Shown here piece by piece: positions 47,442 through 55,714 of a stretch of DNA of 64,000 bases. A program made the position numbers and the translations under genes. This DNA is from a virus (taxonomy: Duplodnaviria; Caudoviricetes): IMG/VR virus record IMGVR_UViG_3300036820_000018, positions 672 through 64,671 of that record. One strand, given 5' to 3'. Every line of letters starts with the position of its first letter. Position 1 is the stretch's first letter. Under the pieces are notes generated by a model. That model did no database searches and was not told the DNA's origin. It was given only the letters and a program-made list of their open reading frames with translations.

Positions 47442-47984
47442 ATGACTAGGACGGGAATGACCATTCAGCCCCACGAGGTACCCGAGACCATTCGGCGGCT
47501 AGCACCGAGCGATCACAACGACATCGACTGGGAGAGAGCACGGATGGTCAAGCGCTATCCCCCCGGGACCCCTGAGCGAGTCGCTGAGGCGGTGAAGAGG
47601 GCACGAGCGAAGAAGGCATCTGAGTACGCGGCGGTGGCCGAGCTCCTGCATTGCAGCCGGAGCAGCGCTCAATATCAGATCGACAAGGCCAAACGCCTTG
47701 GACTCATCCCCATCCTCACCAGAGCACCTGCGCGGATGCACACCTTCAAGGTCGAAGACGAGATCTGGGAGAAAGCTGCAGACATCGCGGCGCTCAATGG
47801 AACGTCTGTCTCAGCGCTGATCGTGGACTTCTTGGTCAGCCTGGACTACCGGGTGAATATCAAGAAGCCGAAGAAAGCTCTACACGAGGTGGACCGCACA
47901 TCTTGCATCCACGACCCGAAGACCATCGGGGGTCTCGTGTATTGCCGCATATGTGGAGTACGACTCAACCAAGCGAGGGAGTGA
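47442..47984 (+). CDS. HTH plus RHH transcription regulator
   Basis: AAVAELLHCSRSSAQYQIDKAKRLGLI; HTFKVEDEIWEKA...SVSALIVDFL. Confidence 0.65.
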   Translation: MTRTGMTIQPHEVPETIRRLAPSDHNDIDWERARMVKRYPPGTPERVAEAVKRARAKKASEYAAVAELLHCSRSSAQYQIDKAKRLGLIPILTRAPARMHTFKVEDEIWEKAADIAALNGTSVSALIVDFLVSLDYRVNIKKPKKALHEVDRTSCIHDPKTIGGLVYCRICGVRLNQARE

Positions 47985-47985
47985 A

Positions 47986-48261
47986 ATGCGATACCGCAGC
48001 TACAAAGTCACACCGACCAAGAATGGCCGGATCAGGGTCACGAGCAGGGGACCGTTCGCCTCTATGGGGATCGCTTGGTTCTGGATGATCCTGATCGTGT
48101 TCGTGTTCATCGTTGAGTGGAAGGCTACCTTGGTCATCGGTGGTGGGATCCTGCTCCTGGCTGGACTCGGTCACGCTCTGAGGCCAGGGATCCGCAAGGG
48201 GATGGCTCAGGCCGAGGCGAAGAAGGTCTCTAAGAGCCAGTCGAGGGTGCCTCGAGTATGA
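47986..48261 (+). CDS. membrane protein
   Basis: Two hydrophobic segments. Confidence 0.55.
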   Translation: MRYRSYKVTPTKNGRIRVTSRGPFASMGIAWFWMILIVFVFIVEWKATLVIGGGILLLAGLGHALRPGIRKGMAQAEAKKVSKSQSRVPRV

Positions 48262-48498
48262 GCGCTCACTGGTGGGACAAGACCAACCGGCTCGTCGATG
48301 TCACGATCTGGGGGATTGCTCTCACGCTGCTGATCTGCGCTCTCGTCTTTCACGTTTAGCAGAACCAGCTCCAGACAGGCGGTAAGGGGACGACCCTGCG
48401 TAGCTTCTCGCAGGAGTGCTCGGACGGAAACGTCTGTTGAGGTTCGGCTGTGGTGCTCGTGGTGTGACCGCAGGGCCAGCGGACGAAGTATCGGATCA

Positions 48499-48690
48499 TC
48501 ACGGCCACCAGATTGTCAGAAACCCGCAAGCCAAGAGCGTGAGCCCGAGAGGGATCAAGCCGGCCCAAGGGGTGACAGCGGTGCGCACTCCGTTCCAGAA
48601 CGTGGCGAGTAGGAACGTGAAGGCCGCGAGCAGGAAGAACGCTAAAGCGATGCCCTGCTGAGCGGTGACGGTGGTCGCTAGGAGCCTCAT
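48499..48690 (-). CDS. small membrane protein
   Basis: Two hydrophobic segments in 63 aa. Confidence 0.5.
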   Translation of the reverse strand: MRLLATTVTAQQGIALAFFLLAAFTFLLATFWNGVRTAVTPWAGLIPLGLTLLACGFLTIWWP

Positions 48691-48775
48691 GGCTTGCCTA
48701 TACCCATCATCGAAGCGTCAATCAGATGGTCAAGGATCGGGCCTCGAGGTCCAGGGCCTTCAAGGCACCGATCCC

Positions 48776-48855
48776 TGGTAGCGGAGGCAGGATTTGAACC
48801 TAGCGATTTCCGGCTTATGAGGCCAGCGGGGACGACCAGACTCCCCTACTCCGCA
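48776..48855 (-). tRNA. tRNA-Met (CAT), initiator-like
   Basis: Cloverleaf GCGGAG/CTCCGC, GGGG/CCCC D-stem, CTGGC-CTCATAA-GCCGG, GGTTCAAATCC, encoded CCA. Confidence 0.92.
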
Positions 48856-48971
48856 TCGAAGTGCCGGTCTTTCCCGGCTGTCAGCGTCTCTCCGCAGTCG
48901 TCGCCATAGTTAGTGGCCGGCGTTCGCCATCTCATTTGGTTTGGGCGGGGGGCTGCCCCCCAAATGAAGCC

Positions 48972-49733
48972 TTAAGAGGCAGTGACGTCAGGAGACGGCT
49001 CGACGGTGGTCGGAGTCGTCTCTGTCGGGGGGACCGAAGGGTTCGCGTCTGGGTCTTCAGTCACCGGAGTGCCGAGAACGTCGGAGACAGGATCGGACGA
49101 GGGAGTCGTACTCGTCGGGGTCGATGTCGAACCGTCCGTAGATGAAGTGGACGCGTCCGAAGGCTCCTCCGTAGAGGCCGAGACGGTCGTAGGCCCCGAC
49201 ACACTGAGGCTGAGCGCTGCGGCGTCGCCGGCAGTGACTGTGACCGCGACCGCAGGGGGAAGGGCGAAGGGGTTGCCTGCGGAGTCTGTGACCGCAGAGC
49301 CGTCTGAGTTGGTCAGAGTGATGATGGAGAAGTTGCAGGACCCTTCTGAGACGGGGTTGGCCTCTCCGGTGAACTCACCTGCGGTAGAGCCCGCTACGAG
49401 TCCCGAGGGGACACACACCGCGGTGTTGTCGGTCGAGACGACAGGGACGATCGGGTCACCTGTGACTGAGTCGTTCGGGCCGGTTGTGGGGTCACCGTGG
49501 TCGTCTGCGAACTGAACCGCGATATTGCCTTCTTGGTCGACGGTGAAGGAGGTCGTGGGCATGTTTCCTACTTTCAGGGAGAGAGTGAGGGCGACTGCCT
49601 CGGGTTTTTTAGGGATAAGGGCTTCGAAGAGGATGTGGCGGATGTCGTTCAGACTGCGAGCGATATTCGCGAGCGCTTTGACGTCTCGGTCGCGCCGTTG
49701 CGACTCATACCAATCGCTGTCGAAATCGCTCAA
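48972..49733 (-). CDS. acidic protein with Ig-like domain and S/T/P tail
   Basis: Beta-rich core; low-complexity C-terminus. Confidence 0.6.
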   Translation of the reverse strand: MSDFDSDWYESQRRDRDVKALANIARSLNDIRHILFEALIPKKPEAVALTLSLKVGNMPTTSFTVDQEGNIAVQFADDHGDPTTGPNDSVTGDPIVPVVSTDNTAVCVPSGLVAGSTAGEFTGEANPVSEGSCNFSIITLTNSDGSAVTDSAGNPFALPPAVAVTVTAGDAAALSLSVSGPTTVSASTEEPSDASTSSTDGSTSTPTSTTPSSDPVSDVLGTPVTEDPDANPSVPPTETTPTTVEPSPDVTAS

Positions 49734-50305
49734 CGGATCACGACACGTTTCGCCGATGGGTCACAGAGGTAGCAATGACAAGGCGCTGGGTGCTTGCGAC
49801 CCTTCTTCGTCAGACCGTCAGGACCCGGGCCGTTGCGTCGAGTTGGCTTCGGCTTCGGGCGGAGACGCTTTGCCTCAACGGACTTCTGAAGGATCGGGAT
49901 GACGTTTGACTGCGCCTCGACCTTTTCGACGAACTCACGCTTTGAAGCAGCAGCACAACCGGGGCACGATGGGATCCCTCGGCGGATATGAGCACGGTAC
50001 CCGTCTGCAGTCCCGTGATTGATCCACTGTGGAGGCAAGTCAACCGGGGGCGGAGGTGGGTTCATCCGCTCCTTGCGAACTTGAGCCTCTTCCTCAGCTG
50101 CTTGCTTAGCAGCGAGGCGACAGTCAGCGCACTTGCTCCCATACACCGCTGTGTCGTGACAGCGTTTGCAGCGATCGTGCTCGTAGACCGGGCGGTCTCG
50201 ACAGGTCTGACACTGCCGATGAATCTTCGGGCTATGAGGCCGCTGGGGTCGTTTGAAGTCCGGGTAGGACTCAGGCGGCTGAAGTGACTTAGGGAGCTTG
50301 TTCAT
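49730..50305 (-). CDS. multi-Zn-finger protein
   Basis: Several CxxC; HGTADGYRAHIRRGIPSCPGC. Confidence 0.65.
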   Translation of the reverse strand: MNKLPKSLQPPESYPDFKRPQRPHSPKIHRQCQTCRDRPVYEHDRCKRCHDTAVYGSKCADCRLAAKQAAEEEAQVRKERMNPPPPPVDLPPQWINHGTADGYRAHIRRGIPSCPGCAAASKREFVEKVEAQSNVIPILQKSVEAKRLRPKPKPTRRNGPGPDGLTKKGRKHPAPCHCYLCDPSAKRVVIR

Positions 50306-50384
50306 GAGATTAGAGGCCAGAGATCGAATGTGAGTTGTTGAGTACTCGCTACTCGATTGTCTGGCCTACAGATGGTCTAGCAGA

Positions 50385-50762
50385 TCAGATGCTGAAAAGC
50401 ACCCCTTCAGTGACCCAAGCCTGGAACCTTTCATCCCCATAGGCGAGATCGAGCATCGGCACAACGGTGATCACAGGGAACTCCCCGTAGATCTCGTAGA
50501 AGGCCCCATCAGCCATCGGGCAGTCAAGACACAGCCAACCAGCAGGAGTCATCAAGGCTCTATGCGGGAAGGGCCGGTGAGCACCTCTCTCGGGTGAGGC
50601 GTGCGTGAAGGTGTCGAGCCACTTCCACACAGCCCCGTAGTCCGGCCACCATTGATCGTCGTAGGCGTGACTTATTCGAGCGACCTCGTGCAACTGTGCT
50701 GCGCCCTCCCACGTCGGGGCCTTAGGAGAGCGAGGGTAGATCTCCACACAAGTCTCACTCAT
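50385..50762 (-). CDS. hypothetical protein
   Basis: 125 aa; TGnTACTCT just upstream suggests a leaderless mRNA. Confidence 0.55.
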   Translation of the reverse strand: MSETCVEIYPRSPKAPTWEGAAQLHEVARISHAYDDQWWPDYGAVWKWLDTFTHASPERGAHRPFPHRALMTPAGWLCLDCPMADGAFYEIYGEFPVITVVPMLDLAYGDERFQAWVTEGVLFSI

Positions 50763-50832
50763 GGGCTCAGAGTATCAGAGGGGGTCTTCACATGTATTGA
50801 GCGATTTAGGTGACTAAGCGCGTCAGGTCATC

Positions 50833-51393
50833 GAGCTCGAGGGGGAAAACCCCTACACCCAGGCACTACTGCACTCCACTTCACTCCCCGTGGAGTGCAG
50901 TTGTGGCAGGTGTCAACTCGCCGGCTTTCTGGGCACCACTCAGCGTGGTTGGCCGATCAGACAGAGCTGTCTAGCCAGGGTCCTGTGCAGCTGTCTATGT
51001 TCTTGCACTTCTTGCACTCTGCTGTGTAAGTCACTCTCTGACTCTGTGGGGTGTCTTTGCCTTAGATGTTTTGAAGACACATACGGTCACCCGAAGGGTG
51101 ATCCGAGCGATACCCCGATACCTACGCAGATGCAGACAGACTGCTTGCGTATCCCCCCTGGGTTTGCCTTGCACGCTGCTTGTTCAGACGGATTGTGCGC
51201 TGGCCCTGCACTGCGTCGTCTGAAGGCTCTTAGTCGGGGCGGAACCGTCCCGTATTCTAGTAGAGGGTGGTCTAGCACTGGTATGAGCTCCAGGTCAAGA
51301 ACCACCCCTAATCGATTCTGGATTCAATCCAGATAGATAGGTGCTGCTCAAGGCCTATGTTTACGCGTCGTGCCTGCTAGTGACCTCGAGTTT
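50833..51393 (+). ncRNA. candidate large structured non-coding RNA
   Basis: At least 9 helices plus a long-range closing stem; no credible ORF. Confidence 0.45.
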
Positions 51394-51408
51394 TCTTGTC
51401 CTTGCCTC

Positions 51409-51437
51409 TTGCTTTCTTATGCATCAGTATGTACACT
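51409..51437 (+). promoter_or_regulatory. sigma70-type early promoter
   Basis: TTGCTT-17 bp-TACACT. Confidence 0.75.
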
Positions 51438-51477
51438 TCGATAAGTAGTTGAGCGTAAGAGACAGAAGGGACGAGAC

Positions 51478-52517
51478 ATGAGCAACACGAAAACAGTACA
51501 GGTCCGAGATGTAGTCAGGCTCTCAGACAGAGTGCGTGCGGTGGTATCTGAGGTTTGTTCAGACGGCACCGTCGAGGTCGAGTGCGCTTGGTTCGTCGAC
51601 TGCACCGAGACAGCTCGAGTCATGATCGATCACCTGATCCTCGGCGAGATCCCCACCTGCTTGAAGCACGCGCAGATGACGGCAACGTCGTGAGGCTTAC
51701 CCAACGCGGCCAGGCGGTCGCAGCGGTCATCGCCTGCGGTCTATGCCTCTGGGGCATCCAGAGCTTGCCTGACGGCTCTCCTAGTGCCCCTGTGGCGTCT
51801 CACACGGTCTGCTACGCCCCTGGTGGGTCGACTGTCGTGCAGATCGCTGGCCACACGCTGAAGGGCTTTCACGAGATCCGGTGCGCGTCGTGAGTGAGTC
51901 TTGGAGCGGCCTATCTGGGACGTTCGTGCCCAGAAACAAGACCCTTGAGTCTGAGCTGGGATTCAGAGCCTGCGTAGCCATCACGAACGAGAGCTACCTA
52001 GCTTCTGCCTTGCGCATGGCCACTATCAGAGACCGTTGCCGCATGGCTCACCTCTGGGGTGTGCTGAGGGCGTCTAGGAAGGGGTTGTAATGCAACGAGC
52101 CAACACGTGGAAGGTCACTACGCAGGACTGGACGTACTGGTATCCCACCGAAGAGGCGGCGCAGCTGGCTGCTAAGGGATTCGCTCTTCAGGGGTGTCCA
52201 GCGGTAGTGACCCGAGACACTTCAAACCGCCGATAATAGGAAGGGGTTGTGATGAGCGCATGAGCGCATGTCCGCATTGCGGCTCAGATGTAAGCGCCCG
52301 AGACATAACTGATTACGACGCGGCATTGATATTCTCCCACCAGCTCGCACAGCTTCAGCGAGACATGTTCGCTCTTCGCGGGGAGAACGGAGCTCTTCGC
52401 TTCGCTCTGCGGAAATCGGCCAGCGCTATGAGATTTGCTCTCAATGGATGGTCCAAACAATCCGCCGACGCTGTCTTCGATGCCCTACGGCATGCTGACG
52501 CCCTCCAAGACACTTAA
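51478..52517 (+). other. run of small early genes (51478-51693, 51690-51893, 51890-52090, 52090-52236, 52260-52517)
   Basis: Coupled ORFs with GTGA/TAATG overlaps. Confidence 0.6.
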
Positions 52518-52601
52518 AACCGTCGATAGTCAGCGTCGGGTCTGTCTCGGCAGGCCTGGCGGTGTCTACCTGACACCTACTAAGCGAAGGGACGAGTAAA
52601 A

Positions 52602-53228
52602 GTGACAATGACTGAGGCGAAACCAGAGATCACCTACGGATCAGGCTCTAAAGAGGCTCACACTGCCCGCAAGCTGCTTAAAGGCATAGGCGTCACCGAT
52701 CGACTGTTCGTGTGTAATGTCGACGGCGAGCGTTGGGTCACAGATTCCTACTTTGCTGCCAAGCTCAACGAGTCTCCGGCTCGTGACCTGTGGTGGGGAC
52801 TAGGCGAGCCGGACCTAGGACGCTGGGCTTTAGGCAGCCCCGGCGGGCCCGCATCTGTCTTAATGGATCCTCAAGCGCGTCCGAATCTTGGCATGGTCCT
52901 AGGGGACATCACAACTGCTGACGTGTTCACGCTTGAGCAGGTCGAGATGGAGGCTGTCCCCGTCTATATCGAGCATGATGATCGCGCCTGCCCGATCTAC
53001 CGTTCAGAGTCCGGCACGCTCATGTCCATCAACTCGGTCTTTTTAGACGCCTTTAGGGCTCCTCGGAGCCGTTATGCCGAGCTGGTGCTGTCTCAGCCCG
53101 CCGGCACCAAACACGGATCACACAAGCCCGTGAGGGTGTCTCGGAAGGGTTCCTACACGTCACAGAAGGACGGGCGCGTGGAAACACTCACGATGGTCGG
53201 CGTCGTTATGCCTATCAGGCTGTCCTAG
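52602..53228 (+). CDS. hypothetical protein, possibly beta-clamp-domain-like
   Basis: WVTDSY...INSVFL...KPVRV...GVVMPIRL. Confidence 0.6.
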   Translation: MTMTEAKPEITYGSGSKEAHTARKLLKGIGVTDRLFVCNVDGERWVTDSYFAAKLNESPARDLWWGLGEPDLGRWALGSPGGPASVLMDPQARPNLGMVLGDITTADVFTLEQVEMEAVPVYIEHDDRACPIYRSESGTLMSINSVFLDAFRAPRSRYAELVLSQPAGTKHGSHKPVRVSRKGSYTSQKDGRVETLTMVGVVMPIRLS

Positions 53229-53310
53229 TCAGTAGCACCACGGTCGCTCACTTGAGACAGTGAGCTTCCGCGGTGAGGCTGGCTTACCGATATGAGAGAG
53301 GGACGAGAAC

Positions 53311-53946
53311 ATGGGCGAGTACGCAACACGCAAGTCAGACGGGCAAGATGTCAAAATCGGCACTTGTGAGGACATGTACTACCTGAGATGGGATCAGGCG
53401 CACCTGGTGAGGGCCAATGCCGGCAGTGTGGATCCGATCGAATACAAGAACGAGCTGCGCTTCAGGTTCCCGTTTCCGAATGAAGACGATGTCAGGCCTG
53501 GCGAGTTTGAAGACTTTGAGCGTGGCATAGCTGTCTGGGGTGTCGAGCCTCCTGAGGGTGTCGAACACTACAAGGTGCAGTTTGTAGCCTCTGCCGGATA
53601 CAACGTAATGCTGCCTTGTCCTGAGGGCCCGGGACAGGTTGAGGGTGTCTCGCCCCATCGCAACGGCTTTCGCGGTGCGGTGCTGATAACTCAGCAGCGT
53701 TGGTGGAATGAGCAGTTGATCACGGTCTGTGAGTGTGGCGGGTGTGGTGCCAAGTACCGCATCGAGGAGACGTGGCAGGCGGACGAGATCGCAGTGGCTC
53801 TTAGGTCCGAGGCTGACCGTAGAGAGCACCAAGCACGCATCGGGCCGCACTACCGTCCAGATGAGGACGTGAGCCACGAGGGCAGGTTCTGGCACCAGAT
53901 GGCTGACCGCGTCCTAGCTGGCTACAAGAGCTCCGTCAACGTCTAG
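53311..53946 (+). CDS. hypothetical protein
   Basis: 211 aa; VKIGTCEDMYYLR; CxCxxC. Confidence 0.7.
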   Translation: MGEYATRKSDGQDVKIGTCEDMYYLRWDQAHLVRANAGSVDPIEYKNELRFRFPFPNEDDVRPGEFEDFERGIAVWGVEPPEGVEHYKVQFVASAGYNVMLPCPEGPGQVEGVSPHRNGFRGAVLITQQRWWNEQLITVCECGGCGAKYRIEETWQADEIAVALRSEADRREHQARIGPHYRPDEDVSHEGRFWHQMADRVLAGYKSSVNV

Positions 53947-54040
53947 CTCGTCCCTGGCGTTGACAGCCCCTCGGCTCGGCTTCCATTCCCCGAGCCCTGG
54001 GGGTGCGAACGGCACCGACGAATCAACAGAAAGGGACGAG

Positions 54041-54421
54041 ATGACCGACGAACAAACCGCATATGTGGAGGGGCTGAGAGGCCTCGCAGATTTCCTTGAG
54101 CTGCGCCCTGAGCTGATACCGATCAACTACGTGAGCCTGTGGCACTTCGTAGCCGCTGACCAGTTCGGAACGCTGGCGCAAACGATGGGGGGGTCAACCA
54201 AGACGGCAAGCGACAAGTACCTAGGCCTTGACCGCAAGTTCGGACCGCACAGCCTAAATCTGCGCGTCGAGCGCGAAGAGGTGTGTGAGCGCGTGGTCAC
54301 AGGCACCGAGATAGTCGAGATTGACGACCCCGACGCCCCGCCTGTGCCAAAGATCACCGTGGAGCGAGACAAGGTCGAATGGGTGTGCCCGCCCTCGTTT
54401 TTAGCTCTGGGTGAGTCGTGA
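54041..54421 (+). CDS. hypothetical protein
   Basis: GLRGLADFLE...REEVCERVVTGT...VEWVCP. Confidence 0.7.
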   Translation: MTDEQTAYVEGLRGLADFLELRPELIPINYVSLWHFVAADQFGTLAQTMGGSTKTASDKYLGLDRKFGPHSLNLRVEREEVCERVVTGTEIVEIDDPDAPPVPKITVERDKVEWVCPPSFLALGES

Positions 54422-54603
54422 CCCTCTGCGAGGCTTGCAGGAACTACGAACACGCTGAGTGTCTCGAACCTGTCGCGACGCGCATGGAGCACGACACGGG
54501 CTATCACATCGTCCTCGTGTGCTGCTGTGGAATGCACGACATCTTCGCTGCTCAGTCTGAGGCAGCCATAGAACGAGCAGAGGTGGCACGAGATGGCTAC
54601 TAG
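54418..54603 (+). CDS. small Cys-rich protein
   Basis: CxxC..H..C...CCC. Confidence 0.5.
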   Translation: MTLCEACRNYEHAECLEPVATRMEHDTGYHIVLVCCCGMHDIFAAQSEAAIERAEVARDGY

Positions 54604-55714
54604 AGGCCTCATCCGATCAATCAAGGGCCGAAGCCCTACTCAACCGAAACCCAGACCTCAGGTGCAGAACCTCGAGGACTTACGAGCCTGGGCGAGGGAG
54701 CAGGCTGCGGCTAGACCAGCGGAACCCGCCCCCTCGTCAGACCGGGCCGTCTCCGTCCAGGAACCTACCCCAAGCGTCAGAGATCGACCCACCGCTATCT
54801 CAGACATGGTCGGACAGAAGGCGCTTGTGGGGCAACTCAGGCTTATCTGTGCCGGTTCGATCTTGCGAGGGACCCCTATGCCGCACTGCCTGATAACGGG
54901 CCCTAGCGGGCATGGGAAAACGACCTTGGCTTCGATCATTGCGAATGAGATCGGAGCCCACCTGGTCTGTACGAATGGGATGCTGTTGCGCCGGCCTGGG
55001 GACCTCGTCGGGCTTCTCGTGAAGATGCGCCCTAACTCAGCCTTACTGGTGGACGAGATCCATAGCCTGCCTAAGCCCGTCGCTGAGGTGCTTTACGAGG
55101 TGCTCGAGGACGGGAAGCTCTCGACGCTTGTCGGTAGTGGTGCTGAGACTGTGGCCGTCACACATCAGATGGAAGGGTTCGTCTGCATAGGAGCGACGAC
55201 GAGGCCCGGACTCTTGAGCGCCCCCTTTCGTGGTCGCTTCGGGTTCGTGGGTCAGGTCGACCCGTACTCAGCTGACGAGTTGGCCGAGATCGTCACTAAG
55301 GCTTGGCAACGCGCTGGGGTCGAGGCATCTGAAGGTGAGGCTCTCGCGGTAGCTACTAGATGTCGCTACGTGCCACGCAGAGCCCTTCATTTGGCCGAGA
55401 GAGTCTTGGACTGGACATCGGTCGCCGGGATAGACGGCGTGCCCTCTGGGACCGTCTCAGCGGCTCTGGCAGCCTTTGGGATTGACGAGCTCGGACTAGA
55501 CGGCAACGACTGGCGAGTGCTCGCGGCACTGACCCAAACCTTTTCAGGGCGCACCGTCGGACTCGACGCTCTAGGTTCTGCGCTCGACATGGACGCGGCC
55601 AGCATCGAGAACGAGATAGAGCCCTACCTGATTCAGAGCGGGTACATCTCGCGAACCAAGTCGGGTCGGATGGGTCTACCCCTCGCGTATGAACTATTCA
55701 GGGAGACAGCATGA
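54593..55714 (+). CDS. ruvB: Holliday junction branch migration helicase RuvB homologue
   Basis: RP...VGQ, GPSGHGKTTLA, VDEIH, LYEVLED, IGATTRPGLLSAPFRGRFG, PRRA, IDELGLD, IEPYLIQSGYISRTKSGR. Confidence 0.92.
   Translation: MATRGLIRSIKGRSPTQPKPRPQVQNLEDLRAWAREQAAARPAEPAPSSDRAVSVQEPTPSVRDRPTAISDMVGQKALVGQLRLICAGSILRGTPMPHCLITGPSGHGKTTLASIIANEIGAHLVCTNGMLLRRPGDLVGLLVKMRPNSALLVDEIHSLPKPVAEVLYEVLEDGKLSTLVGSGAETVAVTHQMEGFVCIGATTRPGLLSAPFRGRFGFVGQVDPYSADELAEIVTKAWQRAGVEASEGEALAVATRCRYVPRRALHLAERVLDWTSVAGIDGVPSGTVSAALAAFGIDELGLDGNDWRVLAALTQTFSGRTVGLDALGSALDMDAASIENEIEPYLIQSGYISRTKSGRMGLPLAYELFRETA

Noticed and set aside
50890-51336. 148-aa Cys-rich ORF
   Set aside because: No RBS, atypical composition, and it lies over the hairpin-dense region
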